Source of the DNA: Bacteroidales bacterium
Lineage (GTDB): Bacteria > Bacteroidota > Bacteroidia > Bacteroidales > UBA7960
Reading direction: 5' to 3'
NCBI GenBank assembly: GCA_046483935.1
Contig: JAWOCF010000114.1
Coordinates: 1 to 55,033 of the forward strand
Length of the DNA stretch: 55,033 nucleotides
Part shown: positions 1 through 8,697 of the stretch, one piece after another
Layout of the letters: each line of letters begins with the position of its first letter
Position numbering within the stretch: the first letter of the stretch is position 1
Position numbers and translations under genes: made by a program
Notes under the pieces: model-generated
Seen by the model: only the letters and a program-made list of their open reading frames with translations
Database searches by the model: none
What the model was told of the DNA's origin: nothing

Positions 1-83
1 GTGCCGGTTTTCTCGAATTTACGTTTCAATTTCTTCAGGACCCTGTCGATATTCTCGCCTTCTTTTACTGGGATAATAATCAT
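1..83 (-). CDS. rpsU: 30S ribosomal protein S21, N-terminal 27 codons (runs off the left edge)
   Basis: A reverse-strand ATG at 81-83 opens MIIIPVKEGENIDRVLKKLKRKFEKTG, which matches the conserved S21 N-terminus. It is absent from the ORF track because it is truncated by the window edge. Confidence 0.8.
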   Translation of the reverse strand, partial: MIIIPVKEGENIDRVLKKLKRKFEKTG

Positions 84-148
84 AAACGCTTCCTTTTTAT
101 ATGGGGTTTCTGTTCTTTATTTTTACCTGCCGGGTTTAAATCGGGATG

Positions 149-179
149 CAAAGGTACAAAGAGTTTTTAATTTTCCAAA
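149..179 (-). promoter_or_regulatory. Bacteroidota sigma-A type promoter for rpsU
   Basis: On the minus strand, TTTG (179-176), a 19-nt spacer, then TACCTTTG (156-149) fit the TTTG-N19-21-TAnnTTTG consensus. The -7 box lies about 66 nt upstream of the rpsU ATG. Confidence 0.5.
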
Positions 180-241
180 ACCTAAAAAATATTCTTCAGC
201 CTCAATTTCTTACTCTCTGGCTATTGATCTCATCCAGCCCG

Positions 242-2554
242 CTATTTCAGGTCATTCAGGCCATTGATAGTGGCTACACTATTCTTCTTGTTCTTCAGGT
301 TGTCTTCCAGAAAACGGGTCAACTCCCTGAACAGGTGCAATCGTGCATTGCCTCCGCCAATGCCATGATTATGATTGGGATAAATCATCATCTGGAAGGG
401 GACATCGGCCTCCACCAGGGCGGTGGTCATTTCCATGCTATTCTGATAATGCACATTATCATCGGCCGAACCATGCACCAGGAACAGGCTTCCCTTGATT
501 TTGTCAACATGATTCACCGGTGAATTGTCATCATAACCATCAGGGTTCTCCTGGGGCGTGCGCATATACCGTTCGGTATACACTGTATCATAAAACCTCC
601 AGTTGGTAACGGGAGCCACGGCAATGGCAGCAGCAAACTGATCAGCACCTTTTGCCAGGCATAATGATGAAAGATATCCCCCATAGCTCCAGCCAAAGAT
701 GCCGATGCGGCGGGCATCGATAAAGGCCATCTCTCCGAGTTTTTCGGCCGACTCAATCAGATCAGCCGATTCATATTTGCCCAGCTGCTGATAGGTCATC
801 TTCCTGAAATATTCACCACGGGCCCCTGTTCCGCGGTTGTCGACCGACACCACCACGTAGCCCATCTGCGCCAGCATCTGGTACCACAAGCCATTGGATG
901 CATCAAAGCGCTGGGTAACGGTCTGCGATCCGGGGCCCCCATATACATACATCAACACCGGATACTGCTTATTCTCATCAAAGTTGGATGGCTTGATCAT
1001 CCAGGCATTCAGGTCAATACTGTCGGAGGTGGTAATGGTAAAAAATTCCTTGTTGATATACGAATGGTCAGCCAGGCGGGCAGCCAGCTGCTGGTTGTCT
1101 TCCAGCACGTTGATCAGTGTACCGTCGGCACGGTGTATTGAATATACCGGCGGGGTGTTGGCTGTAGAGTAGTTATTAATATAATACCTGAATCCTTTGC
1201 TGAAAGAAGGACTATTGGTGCCCTCTCCCTGTGTAAGCTGGGTTTTGCGGCGGCCATTGAGCCTTACCGAATAGAGGTTGTTTCCCAGAGGAGACTCCTC
1301 GTGCGAGAGGTAGAAGATCCTTTTATTATCTTCATCTACTCCCAGGAAACGCTGCACATCCCATTCGCCCGAGGTGAGTGCACGCACCTGGTTGCCCTGC
1401 ATGTCATAAAGGTACAGGTGGTTGTATCCACTTTTCTCGCTGCTGATGATAAAGTGTTTTTCATCTTTCAGGAAGGTCAGGTCATCAGTGATGTCAACAT
1501 AATACATGTTATTCTCCATGTAAAGCAAAGAGGTGGCACCTGAGGCAGCCTCAGCAAGCAATATCTCCAGCTGGTTCTGATGGCGGTTCAATCGCAGCAC
1601 AGCAAGCTTTTCAGGGTCGGCAGTCCATTTGATGCGGGGAATGTACTGATCGGTTTCCTCGCCGGTATCAACCTGCAGGGTCTTACCGGTTTCAACATTA
1701 TAGATGTGGATGGTTACTACTGAGTTGTCCTCTCCCGCCTTGGGATATTTAAAACGGTGCTCATTGGGATAGAGCTCTCCATACAACAGCATGGTAAACT
1801 CTTTCACCTGTGACTCATCAAAACGGTAGAAGGCCAGGTTCGCCCCGTCGGGAGCCCAGTAGAAACCCTGGGTGAATCCGAATTCTTCTTCATACACCCA
1901 GTCGGTGGTCCCATTGATTACCTGGTTGTACACCCCATCGGTGGTGATGGCCTGCTCGTGGCCGGTGTTCAGGTTTTTCAGGAAGATATTGTTATCCCTC
2001 ACGAAGGCTACCATCGAGCCATCGGGCGAGAACTGCGGCAGCCGCTGTTTGCCGCCTTCCGACAAGGCCTCCAGATGCTGCCTCTCAAAATCCCAGATGT
2101 AATACTCAGCCATGCGCGAATGCCTGAAGATCGCCTCCTGCCGGACTCCGATCAGCAATTTCTTTTCATCATCGCTGAAGGAATAGGTATTGATGGCCAG
2201 GGGCTTCTGATTTTCATCGGTCAGCAGCTCGCGGGTTGTGAAAAGAGTCTCCAGCAATTGGCCGGTTTCATATTCATAAACATTCAGATCGGTATTGCGC
2301 TCCACGATCGAATACCTTTTGCCATCATTCAGGGATTGTCCCATACGAATACCTTTGGGGCTGAAATACCGCTGGCTCCATACTTGTTCCAGGGTAATGG
2401 GCTTGTCCTGAGCTTTCAGGGCATGGGGCAAAAAGATCATCATCAGAACAAAGCAGGCAATAAAAAGCCGCCGCACCTGTGAGTACCCGTTCATTGTTGA
2501 TGTCTTCACCGCCTGAAGACATGTTCCTGTTTCTATGCTATTATTATTCATCAT
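242..2554 (-). CDS. Dipeptidyl-peptidase IV-like serine peptidase (S9B family)
   Basis: 770-aa ORF with the nucleophile elbow GWSYGGY and the HGSADDNVH Asp/His region at the C-terminus, preceded by a long beta-propeller-like region. A signal peptide starts at Met21 (MNGYSQVRRLFIACFVLMMIFLPHALKAQ), so the true start may be 2494. Confidence 0.85.
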   Translation of the reverse strand: MMNNNSIETGTCLQAVKTSTMNGYSQVRRLFIACFVLMMIFLPHALKAQDKPITLEQVWSQRYFSPKGIRMGQSLNDGKRYSIVERNTDLNVYEYETGQLLETLFTTRELLTDENQKPLAINTYSFSDDEKKLLIGVRQEAIFRHSRMAEYYIWDFERQHLEALSEGGKQRLPQFSPDGSMVAFVRDNNIFLKNLNTGHEQAITTDGVYNQVINGTTDWVYEEEFGFTQGFYWAPDGANLAFYRFDESQVKEFTMLLYGELYPNEHRFKYPKAGEDNSVVTIHIYNVETGKTLQVDTGEETDQYIPRIKWTADPEKLAVLRLNRHQNQLEILLAEAASGATSLLYMENNMYYVDITDDLTFLKDEKHFIISSEKSGYNHLYLYDMQGNQVRALTSGEWDVQRFLGVDEDNKRIFYLSHEESPLGNNLYSVRLNGRRKTQLTQGEGTNSPSFSKGFRYYINNYSTANTPPVYSIHRADGTLINVLEDNQQLAARLADHSYINKEFFTITTSDSIDLNAWMIKPSNFDENKQYPVLMYVYGGPGSQTVTQRFDASNGLWYQMLAQMGYVVVSVDNRGTGARGEYFRKMTYQQLGKYESADLIESAEKLGEMAFIDARRIGIFGWSYGGYLSSLCLAKGADQFAAAIAVAPVTNWRFYDTVYTERYMRTPQENPDGYDDNSPVNHVDKIKGSLFLVHGSADDNVHYQNSMEMTTALVEADVPFQMMIYPNHNHGIGGGNARLHLFRELTRFLEDNLKNKKNSVATINGLNDLK

Positions 2555-2600
2555 TTAAATTTTATAAAAGGGTTTTCTTTTGAGCCACTGTCATGAAGCA

Positions 2601-2608
2601 CAAAAATA
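2601..2608 (-). promoter_or_regulatory. Candidate -7 promoter box upstream of the DPP-IV-like gene
   Basis: The minus strand reads TATTTTTG, an exact TAnnTTTG match, 47 nt upstream of the 2554 start. No clear -33 element was seen. Confidence 0.3.
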
Positions 2609-2730
2609 TCATTATAAATAATATTCCAACCGCTTTTTTTATATAAAAGCAATTCAGGAGATATTATTGTAAGGAAGCTGTCGGGGGGAAATAATTTTAC
2701 CAGTCAGGGCGGGCAAACCCTAAAAACTAC

Positions 2731-2979
2731 TTATTTTAGCAGTTCAGAAATATCAAAGTAGTTTTTATATAAATGCAATACCTCATCCAGGTTCAGGGGT
2801 TCCACCTTTTCAATCTTATTTCCTGAAGGGATATACCAAACCTCAGCAAAGAAGTTGTACACATGGTAGAGTTTGATATTAAAATAAAGGAATTGCCGGG
2901 AAGTGATTTCCTGTCCATATTCAAAGATCAGGTAAACTTTCTCCTTGACGGGCAATTGGTGAAATTCCGACTTGGTCAT
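2731..2979 (-). CDS. Hypothetical small protein (82 aa)
   Basis: ATG-initiated ORF in an AT-rich patch with its own promoter-like motif just upstream. No recognisable domain. Confidence 0.4.
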   Translation of the reverse strand: MTKSEFHQLPVKEKVYLIFEYGQEITSRQFLYFNIKLYHVYNFFAEVWYIPSGNKIEKVEPLNLDEVLHLYKNYFDISELLK

Positions 2980-2998
2980 ACACCTGCTTTTTTTTCTA

Positions 2999-3031
2999 CA
3001 AAATTATAAATTTCATAAGACAAATATCAAA
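2999..3031 (-). promoter_or_regulatory. Candidate promoter for the 82-aa ORF
   Basis: On the minus strand, TTTG (3031-3028), a 21-nt spacer, then TAATTTTG (3006-2999), with the box ending 19 nt before the ATG at 2979. Confidence 0.4.
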
Positions 3032-3069
3032 TTCTGAACTTTTTTTATTTTTAAAGTAAAAAGATCATA

Positions 3070-3798
3070 ATGAAAAAATACATTCCCAATGTCGTCACCC
3101 TGATAAATCTTTTTCTTGGCTGCCTGGCGGTGGTGATGGCTTTTCAGGAGCAGCTGGTTTTGGCCGCGATATTTGTGGTTATTGGTTCCCTGCTGGATTT
3201 TGTAGATGGGTTTCTGGCCCGGATTCTCAAGGCAGGCTCTGTGTTGGGTGAGCAGCTCGACAGCCTGGCCGACCTGATCAGTTTTGGGATGGCCCCGGCA
3301 GCCATCATGTATCAATACATGGCGGGTGCTGCGCAGATCAACGGCAACCAGGTGTTGGCACTGATTCCTTACCTGGCGTTCCTGATTACTGTTTTTTCGG
3401 GCCTGCGCCTGGCCATCTTTAATGTCGACACCCGCCAGCGCACGTTCTTCGTGGGCCTTCCCACACCTGCCAATGCATTGTTTCTGGTGTCTTTTCCCCT
3501 GGTGATGGCCTTTCCCGGGTGGCAGACCATCATCTCGCAGATGGTGGAAACCCTGACCACCAACCTGTGGATGATGCTGGCCCTGGTGCTGCTGTTTTCA
3601 TGGCTGCTGGTATCGCCCATCCGGATGTTTTCACTGAAGTTTACCTCCCTGAAGTGGCCCGGCAATCAGGTCAGGTTTGTCTTCCTGGCCGGCTCCCTGT
3701 TGTTGTTTCTGATCTTTCAGATCAGTTCAATACCGCTGGTACTAATTTTTTACATAATTTTGTCCGTGATTCAGCATTTTGCCATGCAACGCTCATAA
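3070..3798 (+). CDS. pssA: CDP-diacylglycerol--serine O-phosphatidyltransferase (CDP-alcohol phosphatidyltransferase family)
   Basis: Contains the signature D-G-x2-A-R-x8-G-x3-D-x3-D as DGFLARILKAGSVLGEQLDSLAD. The 242-aa protein is polytopic and hydrophobic. Confidence 0.8.
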   Translation: MKKYIPNVVTLINLFLGCLAVVMAFQEQLVLAAIFVVIGSLLDFVDGFLARILKAGSVLGEQLDSLADLISFGMAPAAIMYQYMAGAAQINGNQVLALIPYLAFLITVFSGLRLAIFNVDTRQRTFFVGLPTPANALFLVSFPLVMAFPGWQTIISQMVETLTTNLWMMLALVLLFSWLLVSPIRMFSLKFTSLKWPGNQVRFVFLAGSLLLFLIFQISSIPLVLIFYIILSVIQHFAMQRS

Positions 3799-3867
3799 TG
3801 CTGTCGCACAAACCTGTTTTTCAAATCCCTGCGGCTGAAACACCGCCCAAAAAAAAGATATAATCTG

Positions 3868-4122
3868 ATGATGTACCGTGCCGAGATCAACGTGATGCCC
3901 CTGAAAGCCCTGCTGGATCCCCAGGGAAAAGCCATTACTGCCAGCATGAAAAACCTGGGCCTTCCTGAAATAGAGAATGTAAGGATGGGCAAGCACATTA
4001 CCCTTGAAGTAGAGGCCGCCGATCAGCAGGAAGCCACCCGCAAAGTGGAGATGGCCTGCAAGAAACTCCTGGCCAATCCCATCATGGAATTTTTTGAATT
4101 CCAGGTATTTGAATGTCAATAA
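3868..4122 (+). CDS. purS: Phosphoribosylformylglycinamidine synthase subunit PurS
   Basis: 84 aa with the typical PurS pattern, V.PK..LLDPQG.A... .LG...V..VR.GK.I.L. Confidence 0.8.
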   Translation: MMYRAEINVMPLKALLDPQGKAITASMKNLGLPEIENVRMGKHITLEVEAADQQEATRKVEMACKKLLANPIMEFFEFQVFECQ

Positions 4123-4171
4123 TAAAGTGGTAACTTGCAGGACAACGCACACTCCTTAACCCCCTTGTCCT

Positions 4172-4534
4172 GTGGCCGAAATTCACGAAACCGGGAAAAC
4201 CGGCGAACAGATTGCCAGCAAGTATCTTGAACAAAAAGGATACCAGGTGCTGGAAACCAACTGGCAATCGGGCCACCAGGAAATAGACATCATAGCCCGT
4301 AAAGACGATCTGCTGATCATTGCCGAGGTAAAAACCCGGCGTACCAGGTTCTTTGGCGAACCCGAAGAATTTGTGACCCGCACCAAACAGCGCCTGCTGA
4401 TCAAAGCGGCCAATCAATACCTTATCAGGAACGAGCTGGATCTGGAAGTGCGTTTTGATATTGTATCGGTATTATTGCAAGGGGAGCGCCACCAGGTGAG
4501 CCATATTGAAGACGCCTTCTACCCCACCCTGTAA
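4172..4534 (+). CDS. yraN: YraN family (UPF0102) endonuclease-like protein
   Basis: 120 aa with GEQIASKYLEQKGYQVLETNWQSGHQEIDIIARKDDLLIIAEVKTRR, the PD-(D/E)xK-like YraN core. GTG start. Confidence 0.8.
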   Translation: MAEIHETGKTGEQIASKYLEQKGYQVLETNWQSGHQEIDIIARKDDLLIIAEVKTRRTRFFGEPEEFVTRTKQRLLIKAANQYLIRNELDLEVRFDIVSVLLQGERHQVSHIEDAFYPTL

Positions 4535-4711
4535 GATTTCGCCCTTAAAACAACCCTTAAAATCCCTCCTGAGCCCTGTTTCTCCACTGGATGCACCCCC
4601 GGTGGCTGAGCCTGTCGAAATCACAGAAAAGTGGGGTAGCCTGTCGAAACCACAAGCAAAAAAATAGACAGCAGCTAAACCTTGCATATGACACAATGGT
4701 TATATTATTAA

Positions 4712-5515
4712 ATGAAAGCCATGGAGGAAAAAAAGGAAAAAATAATGCGCTTTGGCATAGGTACCAAGGGATTTGTTTATTGCCTGATCGGTGGTTTGAC
4801 ATTAATGGCAGCCTTAGGCCAGGGAGGGTCCAAATCAGACAGTGGCGGAGCCCTGGAATTTTTAAGAAGCAATCCCTTCGGAATGATTCTGCTGGGAGCT
4901 ACCACAGCTGGAATTCTGGCCTATGTGTTCTGGCGGTTTTATCAGGCCATCAAGGACCCGGAAGAAAAAGGAAATGACACCAAAGGGCTGGCCAAACGAG
5001 CAGGCTACCTGGCCAGTGGTATCTTTTACAGCTTTCTGGCATTCACAGCTGTTGATATGCTGTTGGGCCTTGGGGGTGGCGGTGGTGGCTCGGGAAATAG
5101 CCAGGAAACGATAGCGGCCAGGGCACTCAGTCAGCCTTTTGGACAGATCCTGGTTGCAGTGATTGCTACCGGTTTTCTGGGAAAGGCCCTGTATCAGATG
5201 TACAGGGCATACACCGAAAAGTACAGAAAGAAACTCAAAGAACAAGGCTTGTCGGACAAAACCCAGAAGCTGGTATTAACCCTGGGCAAGTTGGGTTATA
5301 CCGCCCGCGGAATAGTGATCGGGGTCATTGCCTTTTTATTCTATAAGGCCGCCCTGACCTACAACTCTGACCAGGCAGGAGGCACCAGCGATGCTTTTGG
5401 TTACCTGCAGGATCAATTCGGAACCATTGTGATGGCAATCATTGCGGCTGGTCTCATCATGTATGGCGTATTCTTAATAGTAAAAGCCAGGCATCGTGAT
5501 ATGAGCATGATCTGA
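4712..5515 (+). CDS. DUF1206-type membrane protein
   Basis: Three repeats of a paired-TM unit (GTKGFVYCLIGGL..., KRAGYLASGIFYSFLAF..., GYTARGIVIGVIAFLFY...) with a Gly-rich linker. Confidence 0.55.
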   Translation: MKAMEEKKEKIMRFGIGTKGFVYCLIGGLTLMAALGQGGSKSDSGGALEFLRSNPFGMILLGATTAGILAYVFWRFYQAIKDPEEKGNDTKGLAKRAGYLASGIFYSFLAFTAVDMLLGLGGGGGGSGNSQETIAARALSQPFGQILVAVIATGFLGKALYQMYRAYTEKYRKKLKEQGLSDKTQKLVLTLGKLGYTARGIVIGVIAFLFYKAALTYNSDQAGGTSDAFGYLQDQFGTIVMAIIAAGLIMYGVFLIVKARHRDMSMI

Positions 5516-5584
5516 AATCTGCCTTGTTGCTTAGCATAATACAAAATAGCATTAATCTGCAAAGAAGCAGGAAATATAACCCGA

Positions 5585-5971
5585 TCACTTAAGAGCCTGT
5601 TCAACCATTTTTATCAAAGTTTCGACCGGACCAAAATAGGGAGTGACCTTTTCTTCAGTGAAGTCAAACAAATCAGCATAATCCCCTTTTTGTCTCCAGG
5701 TGAACAGCTGAGAATACATCCTACCCAATTCCGCAGGGAATAATCCTTTCCGTATATAGTTTTCAGAAAACTTTATTTTTACCCCATTATGCGTAGTTGT
5801 CCTGAAATTCTCATTTAAAAGCAATGCCATTACGGCATAATAAGCTGAATAGTAAAGCCTGTTAATTGCAGAATTCCAACGGTGATTCTCAGCTAATAGT
5901 CTGGCGTCCTCCAGCGTTTCTTTGGCTCTTTGCAAACGATAGTTAATCAAATCTTTTCTGCTTCCGTTCAT
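5585..5971 (-). CDS. HEPN domain protein (putative toxin/partner of the upstream nucleotidyltransferase)
   Basis: 128 aa, all-helical, with the classic HEPN layout (AENHRWNSAINRLYYSAYYAVMALL ... TWRQKGDYAD). It overlaps the upstream MNT gene by 4 nt (ATGA). Confidence 0.7.
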   Translation of the reverse strand: MNGSRKDLINYRLQRAKETLEDARLLAENHRWNSAINRLYYSAYYAVMALLLNENFRTTTHNGVKIKFSENYIRKGLFPAELGRMYSQLFTWRQKGDYADLFDFTEEKVTPYFGPVETLIKMVEQALK

Positions 5972-6288
5972 TTTAACCGGATACCTTCTTTATCAATATT
6001 CTCAAAAAGCGGAGTGATATTATATTTATTAATCCATTCTTCTTTGGGATAAATGAGCGGTGAGATGATTTGCCCTGTTTCCAATTCAATATTGTAAAAA
6101 TCATCCATTATTTCTGTCTCAAGCTCAAAAGGGATGGTATCAGTATTCAGCAGGATTAACACGTCCCAGTCAGACCCAGCACTTGCATCCCCACGCGCCT
6201 GAGATCCATAAAGGTAAATCTCGGCATCAGGATACTTTTTTTTAGAAAGTTCCAATATCTTATGAATTACTGTTTCGCGCCTGGTCAT
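5968..6288 (-). CDS. Minimal nucleotidyltransferase (MNT) domain protein
   Basis: LYGSQARGDASAGSDWDVLILL matches the GSxxRG...D.D pol-beta-type NTase motif. The start is placed at Met29 (MTRRETVIHKI...) of the 134-aa track ORF. Confidence 0.75.
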   Translation of the reverse strand: MTRRETVIHKILELSKKKYPDAEIYLYGSQARGDASAGSDWDVLILLNTDTIPFELETEIMDDFYNIELETGQIISPLIYPKEEWINKYNITPLFENIDKEGIRLK

Positions 6289-6899
6289 ACAACAAAAATA
6301 ATAATTTTTAGCTATTACAACATTGAAATACAGAGTTTTTGCATCAGCTTGATGTTCTTTGCCTGGCAGCAAATCTCTTCTTCTGCTTCCTCACCAATTC
6401 AATATGACCCTAATTAACATACCAACTAAAAAGTGATTTCCCCTTATTGAAGTTTTGTATAAATTCTATACATCCCCTGAGCACGGTTTGCCCCAGACCA
6501 CCCAAAGCAAACCTTGAATAAGCCTTGTCTCGGAGTTGGTACGGCCCTGATAGGGAGAAGTCAAAGTGGATTAAAAAGTAGCCTGTTTTTCGTAACACAC
6601 TCTTTTCTCTTACTGTTACATAATAAAGCAACCAGGCAACATATTTCAAAACCAGTAAAAACAAAATGCGGATGATGCGCTGAAAAGCACATTTTTTTTC
6701 GCGTTACAAAAGAGAAATATCAACTTTAAAGTTGAAAATGACACTTTTAGTGAATGGTTCACCTGGGCCGGTTGTTTCGCAAATCTGCCCTTTAAATCAT
6801 TTCGCATAATGACTTGTTACATAATATCTGTTCCGGCAGAACAATCTCTGTTGAAAATTGTTTCCTGTTAAACTATTTATACAATAAAAATAAATTAAC

Positions 6900-7592
6900 A
6901 TGCAAGAAATAACAGAAAATCAGGAAATCGTACGAATGCCTTTGATCGGCGATCATGCCCCGTCATTCCAGGCAAAGACCACCATGGGCCCGATCAACTT
7001 TCCGGAAGATTATGAAGGCAAGTGGGTCATTTTGTTCAGCCATCCGGCCGACTTCACCCCGGTGTGCACCACCGAGTTTATGACTTTTGCGCACATGCAG
7101 GAAGAATTCAGGGAACTGAACACCGAGCTGGTTGGCCTTTCAATCGACAGCATCTTTGCACATATTGCCTGGCTGCGCACCATCAAGGAGAAGATCGAAT
7201 TTAACGGGATGAAAAACATTGAGGTGAACTTCCCGGTCATTGAAGATATCAAGATGGATGTGTCGCGCAAATATGGCATGTTGCAGCCCAATGCTTCCAG
7301 CACCCAGGCGGTGCGTGCCGTATTTATCATCGATCCCAAGTCAAAAGTCAAGGCGGTGCTTTATTATCCGCTCAGCACAGGACGCAACATGGACGAGATC
7401 AAACGCATGATCATCGCCATGCAGAAGGCTGAAAAAGAACAAATTGCCACCCCTGCCAACTGGCAGCCCGGCGATGATGTGATCATCCCTCCTCCCGGAT
7501 CATGTGGCACGGCCCGCGACAGGATGCAAAACCTGGACGATGACACCTACTGCCTGGACTGGTTCCTGTGCTTCAGGAGAGAAAAGAAATAA
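6900..7592 (+). CDS. Peroxiredoxin (1-Cys / Prx6-like)
   Basis: Contains the peroxidatic motif FTPVCTTE, and the 230-aa length with a C-terminal extension is typical of the Prx6 subgroup. Confidence 0.9.
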   Translation: MQEITENQEIVRMPLIGDHAPSFQAKTTMGPINFPEDYEGKWVILFSHPADFTPVCTTEFMTFAHMQEEFRELNTELVGLSIDSIFAHIAWLRTIKEKIEFNGMKNIEVNFPVIEDIKMDVSRKYGMLQPNASSTQAVRAVFIIDPKSKVKAVLYYPLSTGRNMDEIKRMIIAMQKAEKEQIATPANWQPGDDVIIPPPGSCGTARDRMQNLDDDTYCLDWFLCFRREKK

Positions 7593-7663
7593 TAGGGCTG
7601 TTGGCGTTTGGCTTTTAGCTTTTGGCATACGTGAGGCAGTTGATTATCACCACAACTGCTCAT

Positions 7664-7703
7664 CTGCTAATCCGCTAATCTGCTAATCTGCTAATCATCT
7701 AAT
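7664..7703. repeat. 8-bp tandem repeat, five units (CTGCTAAT CCGCTAAT CTGCTAAT CTGCTAAT CATCTAAT)
   Basis: Read directly from the sequence. It lies in the convergent gap after the peroxiredoxin gene, and the last unit contains the stop codon (7699-7701) of the minus-strand gene. Confidence 0.85.
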
Positions 7704-8637
7704 CTGCAGCCAACTGCAGGAAGTATTCGCGCTGGTCCTGGCTCAACCCCTGGTGAGTCAGGGCCAGCTTTTTTATGGTGTTTTTTACCCTTGCCATACC
7801 CCCGGGATCTTTCATGGCTTTAAGAATCATGTAGTGATAATAACGATAGGTGAGGTTCCGTGGGTATGTTTCAATCAGCCAATTTACCCAATCAAGGGCC
7901 TTGAGAGGCTGTTTTTCCATCTCCAGATATATTTTCATTAGCAGAAACCGGGCTTCCGTTTTCCAGGTCAGATTGTCGCTGAGGGCTGCCAGTTGCAGCT
8001 GATCGAGCCCCAGCTGCATATCACCCTCAGGGAAGATATTTTTGAAGACACTCAGCACCGGAAATCTCACCTGTGCATACCCCGTCATGTAGTTATACAA
8101 CCCCGAGGTAAGCATGAAACCCTGGTGCTGCCGCTCTTTGCCCATCGAATATTTCACCTGCCAGGTGCAGGCACGCAGGTTTTTCATGATACGCAGGTAT
8201 TCCTTCTGGCGCAGGCTCATCTGGGCCTCCATGGCATAGATGCTGATGTGATAAAAAACAACATTCAGTTGCGGCTGGTCTTCCCCTTGCGGCAGGCCAT
8301 CCTGTGCCCGGGCAATGGTGGCTGCATATTGCTGTTCGAGGTGCTGGTTCAGGGGATGGGTAATAATCATCCACCACAGGTAACTGGCACGCGCGAAATG
8401 GCTGATATAGTGGGTTGAATCGAGCTGCAGCATCCCTGTGGAGATAGCGTCGGCGCGCTGAAAATCAAAGTCATACAATGCATGCATGGTCTGATTAAAA
8501 AGACCTTCAAGATGCACCTCACGGGCCTGCTTTGTGGAGCCGGCCTTTGCAGGGTAAGACATACCGGCCATGATGGCCGGCAACAAAAAAATGACCAGGG
8601 TCTTTTTTATCAGCTTCATCAACATTCTTTTCAACAT
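7699..8637 (-). CDS. Hypothetical secreted, helical (TPR-like?) protein
   Basis: 312 aa with an N-terminal signal peptide (LVIFLLPAIMAGMSYPAKA). The sequence looks helical-repeat-like, with no specific motif recognised. Confidence 0.5.
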   Translation of the reverse strand: MLKRMLMKLIKKTLVIFLLPAIMAGMSYPAKAGSTKQAREVHLEGLFNQTMHALYDFDFQRADAISTGMLQLDSTHYISHFARASYLWWMIITHPLNQHLEQQYAATIARAQDGLPQGEDQPQLNVVFYHISIYAMEAQMSLRQKEYLRIMKNLRACTWQVKYSMGKERQHQGFMLTSGLYNYMTGYAQVRFPVLSVFKNIFPEGDMQLGLDQLQLAALSDNLTWKTEARFLLMKIYLEMEKQPLKALDWVNWLIETYPRNLTYRYYHYMILKAMKDPGGMARVKNTIKKLALTHQGLSQDQREYFLQLAAD

Positions 8638-8697
8638 TCAGCCGGTAAAAATACTATAATTATCAGGGAAAGAAATTGCGTGCATCGCGCAAAAAGA

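Noticed and set aside
1-267. 88-aa + strand ORF at the left edge, and the 125-aa ORF at 146-523
   Set aside because: The first overlaps the rpsU N-terminus and its promoter on the opposite strand. The second is antisense to the DPP-IV-like gene. Neither has motifs.
3868-4122. purS isolated from purQ/purL as a possible anomaly
   Set aside because: Scattered purine genes are common in Bacteroidota. The ORF looks intact and typical, so there is nothing to follow up from this window alone.
6410-6664. 84-aa TTG-initiated minus-strand ORF in the spacer next to the MNT/HEPN pair
   Set aside because: It has no recognisable domain, a non-ATG start and no promoter box. I kept it only as context in the finding on the unassigned spacer rather than calling it a gene.
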